Shown here one piece after another: positions 52,410 through 59,903 of a DNA stretch of 59,903 nt. Source of the DNA: Bacillota bacterium (GTDB lineage: Bacteria > Bacillota > Bacilli > Paenibacillales > JBEGSW01); NCBI GenBank assembly GCA_041179705.1, contig JBEGSW010000002.1, positions 1 through 59,903 on the forward strand, read 5' to 3'. Position 1 is the first letter of the stretch. Each line of letters begins with the position of its first letter. The notes below the pieces were generated by a model. The model made no database searches. It saw only the letters and a list, made by a program, of their open reading frames with translations, and was not told the DNA's origin. The position numbers were made by a program, and so were the translations under genes.

Positions 52410-53152
52410 TAGCGAACCCCTTCTCCGATTCGTGCACCCTGTGTGCCTAATACATCCTTCTGCAAAGCTATCAAACCTGCGATACCTGCTTCCGCTCGCG
52501 CCAACAAGGCATTCAACTCATCTCTTGTAAATGGCGCTTCTTCGCCTGTGCCTTGCACTTCAACAAATGCACCACGACCAGTCATGACCACATTCATATC
52601 AACTTTCGCCGTTGAATCTTCCACATAATCCAAATCCGTTACCGCTTGCCCTTCAACAACACCAACACTAACAGAAGCTAAATAGTCCGTTAACGGGAAT
52701 TTTGCGAATTTATCTGACATCTTATTCAACGCGATCGCCAATGCAACAAATGAACCTGTAATCGAAGTTGTTCGCGTACCGCCATCTGCTTGAATGACAT
52801 CACAGTCAAGTGTAATCGTACGCTCACCTAACGCTTGTAAATCTACAACCGAACGCAATGCACGACCGATCAAACGTTGAATTTCCATCGTACGTCCGCC
52901 CAATTTCCCTTTGTTCGCTTCACGTTGGTTACGTGTCTGTGTTGCGCGAGGCAACATCGAATATTCTGCAGTAATCCAACCTTTGCCTTGGCCTTTCAAA
53001 AAGTGAGGTACCTTCTCCTCAATCGTCGCCGTACAAATGACTTTCGTGTCGCCCACTTCAATTAAGACAGAACCTTCTGCATATTTATTATAATCCGGAG
53101 TAATTCGAACTTGGCGAAGTTGCTCCGGTGTTCGTTCATCATGTCTTTTCAT
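52409..53152 (-). CDS. rph: ribonuclease PH
   Basis: [16 protein letters not shown] phosphate-binding motif. 247 aa. Confidence 0.95.
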   Translation of the reverse strand: MKRHDERTPEQLRQVRITPDYNKYAEGSVLIEVGDTKVICTATIEEKVPHFLKGQGKGWITAEYSMLPRATQTRNQREANKGKLGGRTMEIQRLIGRALRSVVDLQALGERTITLDCDVIQADGGTRTTSITGSFVALAIALNKMSDKFAKFPLTDYLASVSVGVVEGQAVTDLDYVEDSTAKVDMNVVMTGRGAFVEVQGTGEEAPFTRDELNALLARAEAGIAGLIALQKDVLGTQGARIGEGVR

Positions 53153-53205
53153 TAATATAAACGCTCCTTCATCGGCCAGTGCCGTAATCTGTGTTTCATT
53201 GTACC

Positions 53206-53234
53206 ATAAAAGAAGAGCCCGCGAAGGCTCCTCT
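53206..53234 (-). terminator. terminator after gerM
   Basis: Stem AGAAGAGCC/GGCTCCTCT with one mismatch and a 6-nt loop, followed by a T-rich tail on the minus strand. Confidence 0.5.
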
Positions 53235-53245
53235 CAACGTACCCC

Positions 53246-54238
53246 TTATTGTTCAAAAGCATCCATTGCTTGAAGACGACTTACTGGTTTATCTTCTACC
53301 GCATGATCATTGACCATAACTTGAACGTGCGTCGCTGCCGAATTGTCCAGGAGCGACATGATAACCGCCCGCAATGACTCTTCTTCCATATCCGCTGCTT
53401 TTTTCAACAACTCATCTTTTAAGTTCACCGTCACAACTTGATTTTGCAATTGCATCGAGACAAGTTGGACATCTGAAGAAATCACTGGAACAAGCCCTTT
53501 GCTCTTCGGTTTCACACTCAATTGTTTCATTGCCGCCTCTAATGGCTTTTCCGTCTGCGCAATCATCCGGGTCACAGGTACCAAGTACGTTTCCTTGTCT
53601 TTCCCTTTTGCCTGGAAATACAACGTCACTGGCATCGCCTGGCTCCATGTTACCCCATTCACACTCTCCACATTGATCCCCATCTTGCGGGACAACGGTT
53701 GGTCGAGCGGCGTACCCATCGCAGGCATTTGCTCTAACAATTTCCCTTCTACGCGCAACTGCACTTTGTCAATCGTCGGAAAACTGGTCAATGCCCACGT
53801 CACCGCTTCTAACATTTTTCGCTCGTCTTCCTTTTTATAGGAAAGAAATGGCTTGGAGAAATCAACAACGGCCAACTTCTCGTCTTTGACGATGTTAATC
53901 CCTTTGACTTCTGTTCCCTTCGGTAGCAAACCGGTAAATCCAGAAGGTGTGGTTGCACCTTCCACCATTGCAGCTAATACCGCTTTCGCTGGCGTATCCG
54001 TCGTCTCGGTGCGAACGACTACAGGTGCAACATAGCCATTGCGGTCTTTGAAGTATAGCGTCGATTGGAGTGGTTGCTCCGTTTTTATCGCTGTTGAAGT
54101 TGTTGTCTTTTCTTTCTTCGTACTTATTGCTTGAGGTGGATCGATTGGATCACTGCTACCATCCCATGCTTGACACCCTGCCGCTACAGCTGTAATTAGC
54201 AATGTTGCTACTGCAACTTTTGCCCCCTTGTTGCCCAT
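53246..54238 (-). CDS. gerM: germination/sporulation lipoprotein GerM (two GerMN domains)
   Basis: The ATG at 54238 has a GGGAGGA RBS. Lipoprotein signal MGNKGAKVAVATLLITAVAAGC. Located upstream of rph as in B. subtilis. The ORF-track start at 54541 reads through a repeat element and overlaps the upstream gene. Confidence 0.8.
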   Translation of the reverse strand: MGNKGAKVAVATLLITAVAAGCQAWDGSSDPIDPPQAISTKKEKTTTSTAIKTEQPLQSTLYFKDRNGYVAPVVVRTETTDTPAKAVLAAMVEGATTPSGFTGLLPKGTEVKGINIVKDEKLAVVDFSKPFLSYKKEDERKMLEAVTWALTSFPTIDKVQLRVEGKLLEQMPAMGTPLDQPLSRKMGINVESVNGVTWSQAMPVTLYFQAKGKDKETYLVPVTRMIAQTEKPLEAAMKQLSVKPKSKGLVPVISSDVQLVSMQLQNQVVTVNLKDELLKKAADMEEESLRAVIMSLLDNSAATHVQVMVNDHAVEDKPVSRLQAMDAFEQ

Positions 54239-54315
54239 CGCAAGTTCCTCCCTATGCTCGTCAGTGGTACATGTATACGAGCTTGGCAAGGAATCTATGC
54301 CTGGGCACAGCCAAC

Positions 54316-54395
54316 AAAAAAATCGACTGAAAACAGTCGACTTTCCAATTGTATTGCAGTCGACCCACCAAATTCGACTGAAAACAGTCGATTTT
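54316..54395. repeat. intergenic pair of perfect hairpin repeats (51-bp period), same family as 18094-18195
   Basis: TCGACTGAAAACAGTCGA (7-bp stem, 4-nt loop) occurs at 54323-54340 and 54374-54391, each flanked by A and T runs. The reverse complement of the spacer shares GTGGGT...CTGCA with the spacer of the 18.1-kb element. Confidence 0.85.
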
Positions 54396-55353
54396 AAAGT
54401 TTCGAAAATTTTCTCACCGAATCTACTTGCTGTTCCACAAGTAATCCGCGATTGACTAGATGATACAGATGGGCGATTGTTTCGGATAAGGCAAACCGCA
54501 TTTGATGAACGCCTAATTTGTCCCCAAACGTCGCGATACATACTTCATATGCCGTCATCGCACCTTGCTCACGTAAAATCGTAATCATCTTCTGTAATCG
54601 TTCCTCATGGTGTTCAATAATATGTTCAGCACGCTCACGCAATCCTTCGAACGGATCGCGGTGACCTGGGTAGGCCATCGACACCTCATAGGTTTGAATG
54701 TGCTGCAACGCTGTAATAAACGTAGCCAATGGGTCGGTATCGACATCCGGTAAATAGGCAACATTCGGCGTGATTTGAGGCAACACATGATCACCGACGA
54801 TAAATTGCTTAGTCATCTCTTCATAAAAGCCAAGTTGCCCGAACGCATGTCCACTCAATTCAACCGCCAACCATTCACCCTCACCCAGTCGAATCCGCTC
54901 ACCCGGTTCAACAAACTGCACTTCAGGATGCGGCGAAACTTGAACTAAATAATTATCCATGTGATCACTCATCGGTTGCCACATTTCTTCAGGCAAGCCA
55001 TGCTGCTTAAATCCAGCAAATTGCGAACGTCCCAAATCACGCTCACCTACCCACAAACGCTGTGTCTGCTCGTAACTCTTTCGAGCCATCCACACAGGTG
55101 CACCACCACTCAACTGTTGCATCCGACCGGCAAAGCCATAATGATCCGGATGATGGTGGGTCAGCACAATGCGATGAATCGACGCCCACGTCCAACCATG
55201 CTCCGCCAACCACGCCTGCCACACTTGCACCGTCTCTTCCGTATGAATACCCGGATCAACGATCGTCAATCCACCTGTCTCTTCAAATATATAACTATTC
55301 ACATAGCGCAATGCGAACGGCAAAGGCACTTTCAATCGATGAAACGCAATCAT
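54394..55353 (-). CDS. MBL-fold metallo-hydrolase with C-terminal winged-helix-like tail
   Basis: HxHxDH motif LTHHHPDHYG plus downstream His and Asp ligands. 319 aa. Confidence 0.8.
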   Translation of the reverse strand: MIAFHRLKVPLPFALRYVNSYIFEETGGLTIVDPGIHTEETVQVWQAWLAEHGWTWASIHRIVLTHHHPDHYGFAGRMQQLSGGAPVWMARKSYEQTQRLWVGERDLGRSQFAGFKQHGLPEEMWQPMSDHMDNYLVQVSPHPEVQFVEPGERIRLGEGEWLAVELSGHAFGQLGFYEEMTKQFIVGDHVLPQITPNVAYLPDVDTDPLATFITALQHIQTYEVSMAYPGHRDPFEGLRERAEHIIEHHEERLQKMITILREQGAMTAYEVCIATFGDKLGVHQMRFALSETIAHLYHLVNRGLLVEQQVDSVRKFSKL

Positions 55354-56084
55354 GTCGCACTCACCTTTCCAACCATAATCATCCGAGGGCTATTCGCATC
55401 ATATAGGACCTTGTCATAATCGCCATACACAACCTGCAAATCAAGTCCCGCCGCTCGCAAATGACGTTCAAACCATGCAAGTTCATATAATTTCACGCGC
55501 TCATGATACGTGACATGTTCCCCGTCTGGACGGATCAAATCAATCGTCTTTTCTACCCGATCTTCGACCAACACGCGCGACTCCTGAATATGATGCCCAT
55601 TAATCACACGATCACTTTGCGGTACTAAATTCGCCCTCACATGCGCCGGATTCAAGAAATCAATCAACCATACCCCACCTGGCTTCAGTACTTTACGTAT
55701 CTGATGGAGAACTTCTGCATTTTCCGAATCCGCCATAAAGTAACCAAATGAAGTAAACATATTTACAACAGCGTCAAAACGGTTCTCAAACGGCAATTCC
55801 CGCATGTCCCCCTGCACCCACGTCACCAACTGTTGCTGATCTTTCTCCCGCGCCACGCGCAATAAAGAAGCGGACAAATCAATGCCCGTCACACCATAGC
55901 CCATCTCCTGCAAAGCTAAGGCATGTCTACCCATGCCACAGCATAAATCTAATACTTCAGCACGAGCGGGTAGTTGTAACCATCCCGCCATCGCTTGCGC
56001 TTCCATCTTTGCTTTTTCCATATTGCGATGCTTATACACAATTAAATAGTCATCGCCAAAACTGCGATCATACCAATTGTCCAT
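55350..56084 (-). CDS. class I SAM-dependent methyltransferase
   Basis: Motif I VLDLCCGMGRH and motif post-I GIDLS. 244 aa, with a 4-nt overlap with the MBL gene. Confidence 0.85.
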   Translation of the reverse strand: MDNWYDRSFGDDYLIVYKHRNMEKAKMEAQAMAGWLQLPARAEVLDLCCGMGRHALALQEMGYGVTGIDLSASLLRVAREKDQQQLVTWVQGDMRELPFENRFDAVVNMFTSFGYFMADSENAEVLHQIRKVLKPGGVWLIDFLNPAHVRANLVPQSDRVINGHHIQESRVLVEDRVEKTIDLIRPDGEHVTYHERVKLYELAWFERHLRAAGLDLQVVYGDYDKVLYDANSPRMIMVGKVSAT

Positions 56085-56212
56085 CTACGTAAACACCCCT
56101 TATCTTCTTGTAATAGTGTAGCAGGACAACCTACGAAATTAAAGAAGACATCCATTCGACACGATTCGTGTTATTTCTATGTTATCTTTACTTACATATT
56201 CATAAATTTAAG

Positions 56213-56241
56213 CTTTATCTTTTGGAAAATTGTAGTATAAT
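56213..56241 (+). promoter_or_regulatory. putative promoter of the ATP-grasp operon
   Basis: TATAAT at 56236-56241 with a weak -35 (CTTTAT/TTTATC) 16-17 nt upstream. About 100 nt of AT-rich leader precedes the ATG at 56342. Confidence 0.4.
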
Positions 56242-56341
56242 CGCTATAAAGTAATTGAAAACACGAACGTTTTGGGAGAAAAACACCTTTTTCGTTCATT
56301 TTTATGTCATATTAATTAACATTAAAGTAGAGGTGCGTTTT

Positions 56342-57787
56342 ATGATTAACACAAAATACGATACAAAACCTTTCTTTGACGAAATGTTCACCGACGAAGA
56401 TCATATTCGCCCTCATTACGAGCAAGTATATAATGTGATTTCCAAGTGGAAGGATAAACAAGCAGCAGCGAAACAAAGCGCAATGAAACGCAGGATGATT
56501 GAGGAAGGGATTACCTTTACGGTTTATAAGGAAGGACAAGACCAACCGTTAGAGCGGACAATTCCATTCGACCTCATTCCTCGTGTCATCGATGCAGAAG
56601 AATGGAAGGAATTGCGAGCAGGGATTGCACAGCGAATTAAAGCATTGAATCGCTTTGTTCACGATATCTACCATGATCAGAACATTATTAAAGATGGTAT
56701 TATCCCGCGCAGCATGGTCGTTGCGAATGAATATTTCCGACCAGAAATGAAAGGCGTAGATGTACCTGGTAACACATATATTACGACTGGTGGCATAGAC
56801 TTAATACGTAACAGTGATGGCCACTACTATGTGTTAGAAGATAACTTGCGTTCACCTTCTGGATTTTCCTATTTGTTTAAAAGTCGGAATATCATGAATG
56901 CGATTCTTCCAGACTTAACATTCTCTCACCGACTGAGAGATTTAGAACCGAGTTTGAATCGATTCTTGTCCGCTTTGCGAAGCCTAAGTCCTTCGACAAC
57001 AAACACAGAACCCGTGATCGCGCTGCTAACGCCAGGGAAATATAATTCAGCTTATTACGAGCACGCCTTTCTTGCCCAACAGATGGGGATACGTTTAGTC
57101 GAGGGCTATGACCTGATTTACAAAGACCACAAAGTCTACATTAAAGATACAAAAGGCCTTGTGCAGCTGGACGTGTTGTACCGTCGTGTTGACGATGATT
57201 TCTTAGACCCGCTCAGTTTTAATCCAAATTCTGTATTGGGTTGTGCTGGCATTATGAATGCCTATCGCGCAGGGAATATAACAATTGTAAATGCACCCGG
57301 TACTGGCGTTGCCGATGATAAAGCGATGTATACGTTCGTCCCTGATATGATTCGCTACTATTTGAAAGAAGAGCCAATGTTGCGTAACGTACCGACTTAT
57401 ATCATGACGAAACCGGACGAGCGTCAATATGTACTCGATCATTTGGAAGAGATGGTCGTGAAAGAGACCTCACTATCTGGTGGTTATGGAATGTTAATCG
57501 GACCTAGCGCAGACAAAGAAGAAATCGAGCGATTCCGCGAGCTGATTCAACTTTATCCTGAGAAATATATTGCACAGCCGACGTTGCAACTTTCTCGCGC
57601 ACCGATATTGGGCAAACAAGGGTTCACCCCGCGTCACATTGATTTACGTGCCTTTACGATCATGGGCGCAAATGAAGATATCCACGTTATTCCGGGTGGT
57701 TTAACACGTGTAGCGATGACGGAAGGATCATTAGTCGTAAACTCCTCACAAGGTGGCGGCGTGAAAGATACTTGGGTATTGGCATAA
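56342..57787 (+). CDS. circularly permuted ATP-grasp protein (CP_ATPgrasp_2-like)
   Basis: 481 aa counted from the ATG at 56342 (AGAGGTG RBS). Length, sequence character and the conserved alpha-E and transglutaminase neighbours match the family. The family call is from memory, with no HMM run. Confidence 0.7.
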   Translation: MINTKYDTKPFFDEMFTDEDHIRPHYEQVYNVISKWKDKQAAAKQSAMKRRMIEEGITFTVYKEGQDQPLERTIPFDLIPRVIDAEEWKELRAGIAQRIKALNRFVHDIYHDQNIIKDGIIPRSMVVANEYFRPEMKGVDVPGNTYITTGGIDLIRNSDGHYYVLEDNLRSPSGFSYLFKSRNIMNAILPDLTFSHRLRDLEPSLNRFLSALRSLSPSTTNTEPVIALLTPGKYNSAYYEHAFLAQQMGIRLVEGYDLIYKDHKVYIKDTKGLVQLDVLYRRVDDDFLDPLSFNPNSVLGCAGIMNAYRAGNITIVNAPGTGVADDKAMYTFVPDMIRYYLKEEPMLRNVPTYIMTKPDERQYVLDHLEEMVVKETSLSGGYGMLIGPSADKEEIERFRELIQLYPEKYIAQPTLQLSRAPILGKQGFTPRHIDLRAFTIMGANEDIHVIPGGLTRVAMTEGSLVVNSSQGGGVKDTWVLA

Positions 57788-57815
57788 AAACTATTAAAGA
57801 TAGGTGGGGAAAGCG

Positions 57816-58769
57816 ATGTTGTTTCGAAATGCGGAGTCACTGTTTTGGGTAGGACGCTATATGGAACGCGCAGAAAATCATGCCCGATTGATTAATGTCC
57901 ATTACCACATTCGCCATGATGGCGAAGAAGTAGAGGAACACGTACATTGGATGCGTCTCATTGATTCATTAAGTGCACGCGATGCCTATTTGAAATCTCA
58001 TATTAATTACGGGGCCGACGAAGTGCTTTCATTCATTACGATGGATCCCTTTTACGAAAATTCCCTGCTCTCCTGCGTGAGTAAAGCGAGAGACAACTTA
58101 CGGACGTTGCGTGAAAAATTACCGACGGAGTTATGGGATACATTGAACGCCTTCTACTTGTGGTTGAGCGAGCAATGTTTGGACGACTTGTTTGGCGATG
58201 GACCACAAGCCTTCTTACACACGATTCGCGAACAAGCAGCAGCATTTTATGGGATGCAACATTCCGTGATGGCACGCGAAGAAGAATGGTTCTTCATTGA
58301 AAGTGGTCGTTACCTGGAACGTGCAGAGAACACAGTTCGTATTTTGCAATCGATTGTGCGTGCATGCCAAGAGGATGAAGCCCAACCATATACGTATTTG
58401 TTGACAGTCTTAAAGTCCGTAAGTGGTTTCCAAACCTATCGCAAACATTATGCGGATGAGGTAACCGCGGAGCAAGTGATGCGTTTCCTATTAACAAATC
58501 CTCACTTCCCTCGTTCCATGGTATACGCCTTCGATCGCATCAAGCATTGTTTTGAGCATTTGGAAGATGTGGAGAATAATGAAGCTTCAGGTAAGATTAG
58601 ACACGTCAAACTCGCTTGGAAAATTCGTGCCGATCTTGCTTACTTAGAGCCTGACGATCTAACCGCGGAGAATGTTGCGCCATTGCTAACACAACTATTG
58701 GATAGTATTCACCGTCTCGGTCAAATGATGGAGTCCACCTTCTTCCGTTCTGAGGGGGTTCGCGGATGA
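57816..58769 (+). CDS. alpha-E domain protein (DUF403-like)
   Basis: N-terminus MLFRNAESLFWVGRYMERAEN, with a second copy of the motif (ESGRYLERAEN) mid-protein, as expected for the all-helical alpha-E superfamily. The ATG at 57816 has an AGGTGGGG RBS. Confidence 0.7.
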   Translation: MLFRNAESLFWVGRYMERAENHARLINVHYHIRHDGEEVEEHVHWMRLIDSLSARDAYLKSHINYGADEVLSFITMDPFYENSLLSCVSKARDNLRTLREKLPTELWDTLNAFYLWLSEQCLDDLFGDGPQAFLHTIREQAAAFYGMQHSVMAREEEWFFIESGRYLERAENTVRILQSIVRACQEDEAQPYTYLLTVLKSVSGFQTYRKHYADEVTAEQVMRFLLTNPHFPRSMVYAFDRIKHCFEHLEDVENNEASGKIRHVKLAWKIRADLAYLEPDDLTAENVAPLLTQLLDSIHRLGQMMESTFFRSEGVRG

Positions 58770-59629
58770 GAATCGAAATTTCCCATGTCACACGCTATCA
58801 TTATTCTGATGCGATTGCGGACAGCATCAACGAAGTGCGCTTGACACCTAGAACCAACTATCGTCAAGCTTGCTTCCATCACGAATTAACGGTCGAGCCA
58901 ACCACTTCCTTGATGACATATGAAGATTACTTTGGGAATCGCGTGCATGCATTCAGCGTGAATGTGCCCCACCAAGAATTGGTTGTCAAGTCCCGCTCAA
59001 CCGTTGTAACCCATGATCCTGACCCAGAACGTCTCCGCTATTTACCGTTTGATGAACAACTAGCGTGGATGCAATCGGACAATTATCGTGAGCGTTACGT
59101 GGAGTATTTATTGCATACGCCATATACGGAAAATGCAAAAGAAGTCAAAGAATTCGAGCTGGCTTATCCATTCAGCAACATCGGTCTTTACGCGTGGACG
59201 CAAATGATTTGCGAAGCCATCTACACAACACTCACATACGATCCAAGCGCAACACATGTGCACACAACTGTAGGCGAAACACTTATCTTAAAACGTGGCG
59301 TCTGCCAAGACTACGCGCATCTGATGATTGCGATTTGCCGTAGCATGGGACTAGCTGCTCGTTATGTTAGTGGCTATCACTTTGTTGGCGATTTACAAGG
59401 TGGGAACGCCGATTTTGAACAAGCCTCCCATGCTTGGGTTGAAGTTAATATTCCTGGAACCGGTTGGCTTGGCTTTGATCCAACGAACAACGTTGAAGTC
59501 GATTGGCGTTATGTGAAACTTGGACATGGCCGCGACTACAAAGATATCGTCCCTTTCAAAGGAGTCTATTACGGGCCCGGACGACAATCGATGCAAGTCA
59601 CTGTCGATGTGCAATTAATTGAAGACTAA
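58766..59629 (+). CDS. transglutaminase-like cysteine peptidase (Bact_transglu_N plus transglutaminase core)
   Basis: Cys-His-Asp triad contexts GVCQDYAHL, SHAWVEV and GFDPTN. The start overlaps the upstream stop as ATGA. Confidence 0.85.
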   Translation: MRIEISHVTRYHYSDAIADSINEVRLTPRTNYRQACFHHELTVEPTTSLMTYEDYFGNRVHAFSVNVPHQELVVKSRSTVVTHDPDPERLRYLPFDEQLAWMQSDNYRERYVEYLLHTPYTENAKEVKEFELAYPFSNIGLYAWTQMICEAIYTTLTYDPSATHVHTTVGETLILKRGVCQDYAHLMIAICRSMGLAARYVSGYHFVGDLQGGNADFEQASHAWVEVNIPGTGWLGFDPTNNVEVDWRYVKLGHGRDYKDIVPFKGVYYGPGRQSMQVTVDVQLIED

Positions 59630-59676
59630 AAAAGCGAAAGGATGAATCCCCAATTCCATCCTTTCGCTTTTTTATC
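59630..59676 (+). terminator. rho-independent terminator after the transglutaminase gene
   Basis: 14-bp stem AAAGCGAAAGGATG/CATCCTTTCGCTTT with a 12-nt loop and a T run. Confidence 0.85.
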
Positions 59677-59745
59677 ATTAATTTAATAATCAATTAATAC
59701 TGGTATGCTATTCTATTTATAAAATGGCTGAAAGTAGAAAATAAC

Positions 59746-59903
59746 ATGATCATTCAATTGCAAGCACTTCGTCTCTTAGCAGCATTATCGATTGTTATAA
59801 TTCATGTGACTGCGGGGCAAGTATTAACTGACTCACGCATTTATTTGATTAATCAACTTTTTCGCTTTGGCACGCCCATTTTCCTCATTCTAGCAGGTAT
59901 TGT
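59746..59903 (+). CDS. acyltransferase family 3 membrane protein, 5' fragment (runs off the window)
   Basis: MIIQLQALRLLAALSIVIIHV...FRFGTPIFLILAGI resembles the N-terminus of acyltransferase_3 (OatA-like) proteins. No clear RBS. Confidence 0.5.
   Translation, partial: MIIQLQALRLLAALSIVIIHVTAGQVLTDSRIYLINQLFRFGTPIFLILAGI

Noticed and set aside
54239-54541. N-terminal 101 aa of the ORF-track entry 53246-54541, which extends gerM upstream.
   Set aside because: The extension reads through the hairpin repeat element, giving the duplicated peptide KSTVFSR. It also overlaps the 3' end of the upstream MBL gene and has no RBS. The internal ATG at 54238 has a GGGAGGA RBS and starts a canonical lipoprotein signal peptide.

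Overview
All calls come from reading the sequence and ORF translations. No BLAST or HMM search was run and no statistics were computed.

The window looks like core chromosome of an endospore-forming Firmicute (Bacillales-like). Almost every gene is on the minus strand. Gene order follows the Bacillus subtilis block gerM-rph-rdgB ... tig-clpX-lonA-ysxC-hemAXCDBL-spoVID-valS-folC ... maf-radC-mreBCD-minD-spoIVFAB-rplU-ysxB-rpmA-spo0B-obg-pheBA.

Lineage-specific differences from that order:
- hom-thrC-thrB is nested inside pheB-pheA, followed by ilvE.
- hemE-hemH-hemY, sirC and a cobA/hemD fusion are joined to the hem operon.
- clpP lies between tig and clpX.
- ispG sits where lonB is expected.
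- A TetR/RND efflux pair is inserted between ysxC and hemA.
- murC follows folC.
- minC is missing.

RNA features are one tRNA-Arg(UCU), a valS T-box leader with a GUC specifier, and a probable L21 leader. I saw no rRNA, CRISPR array, transposase, integrase or prophage genes.

The two things most worth a second look:
1. A plus-strand three-gene operon at 56342-59629 encoding a circularly permuted ATP-grasp, an alpha-E domain protein and a transglutaminase-like cysteine peptidase. Comparative genomics predicts a peptide-ligation or modification system, but its substrate is unknown.
2. A family of intergenic elements, each built from pairs of 18-29 nt hairpin-capable repeats spaced exactly 51 bp apart. 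They occur at three loci (18094-18195, 51584-51775, 54316-54395). One is bounded by perfect 10-bp terminal inverted repeats.

Smaller items:
- An uncharacterised 204-aa gene packed into the maf-proximal synteny block.
- A strand-symmetric GPGP-coding GC palindrome inside a membrane-protein gene.
- Candidate operators in the pheB, RND and hemA promoter regions.
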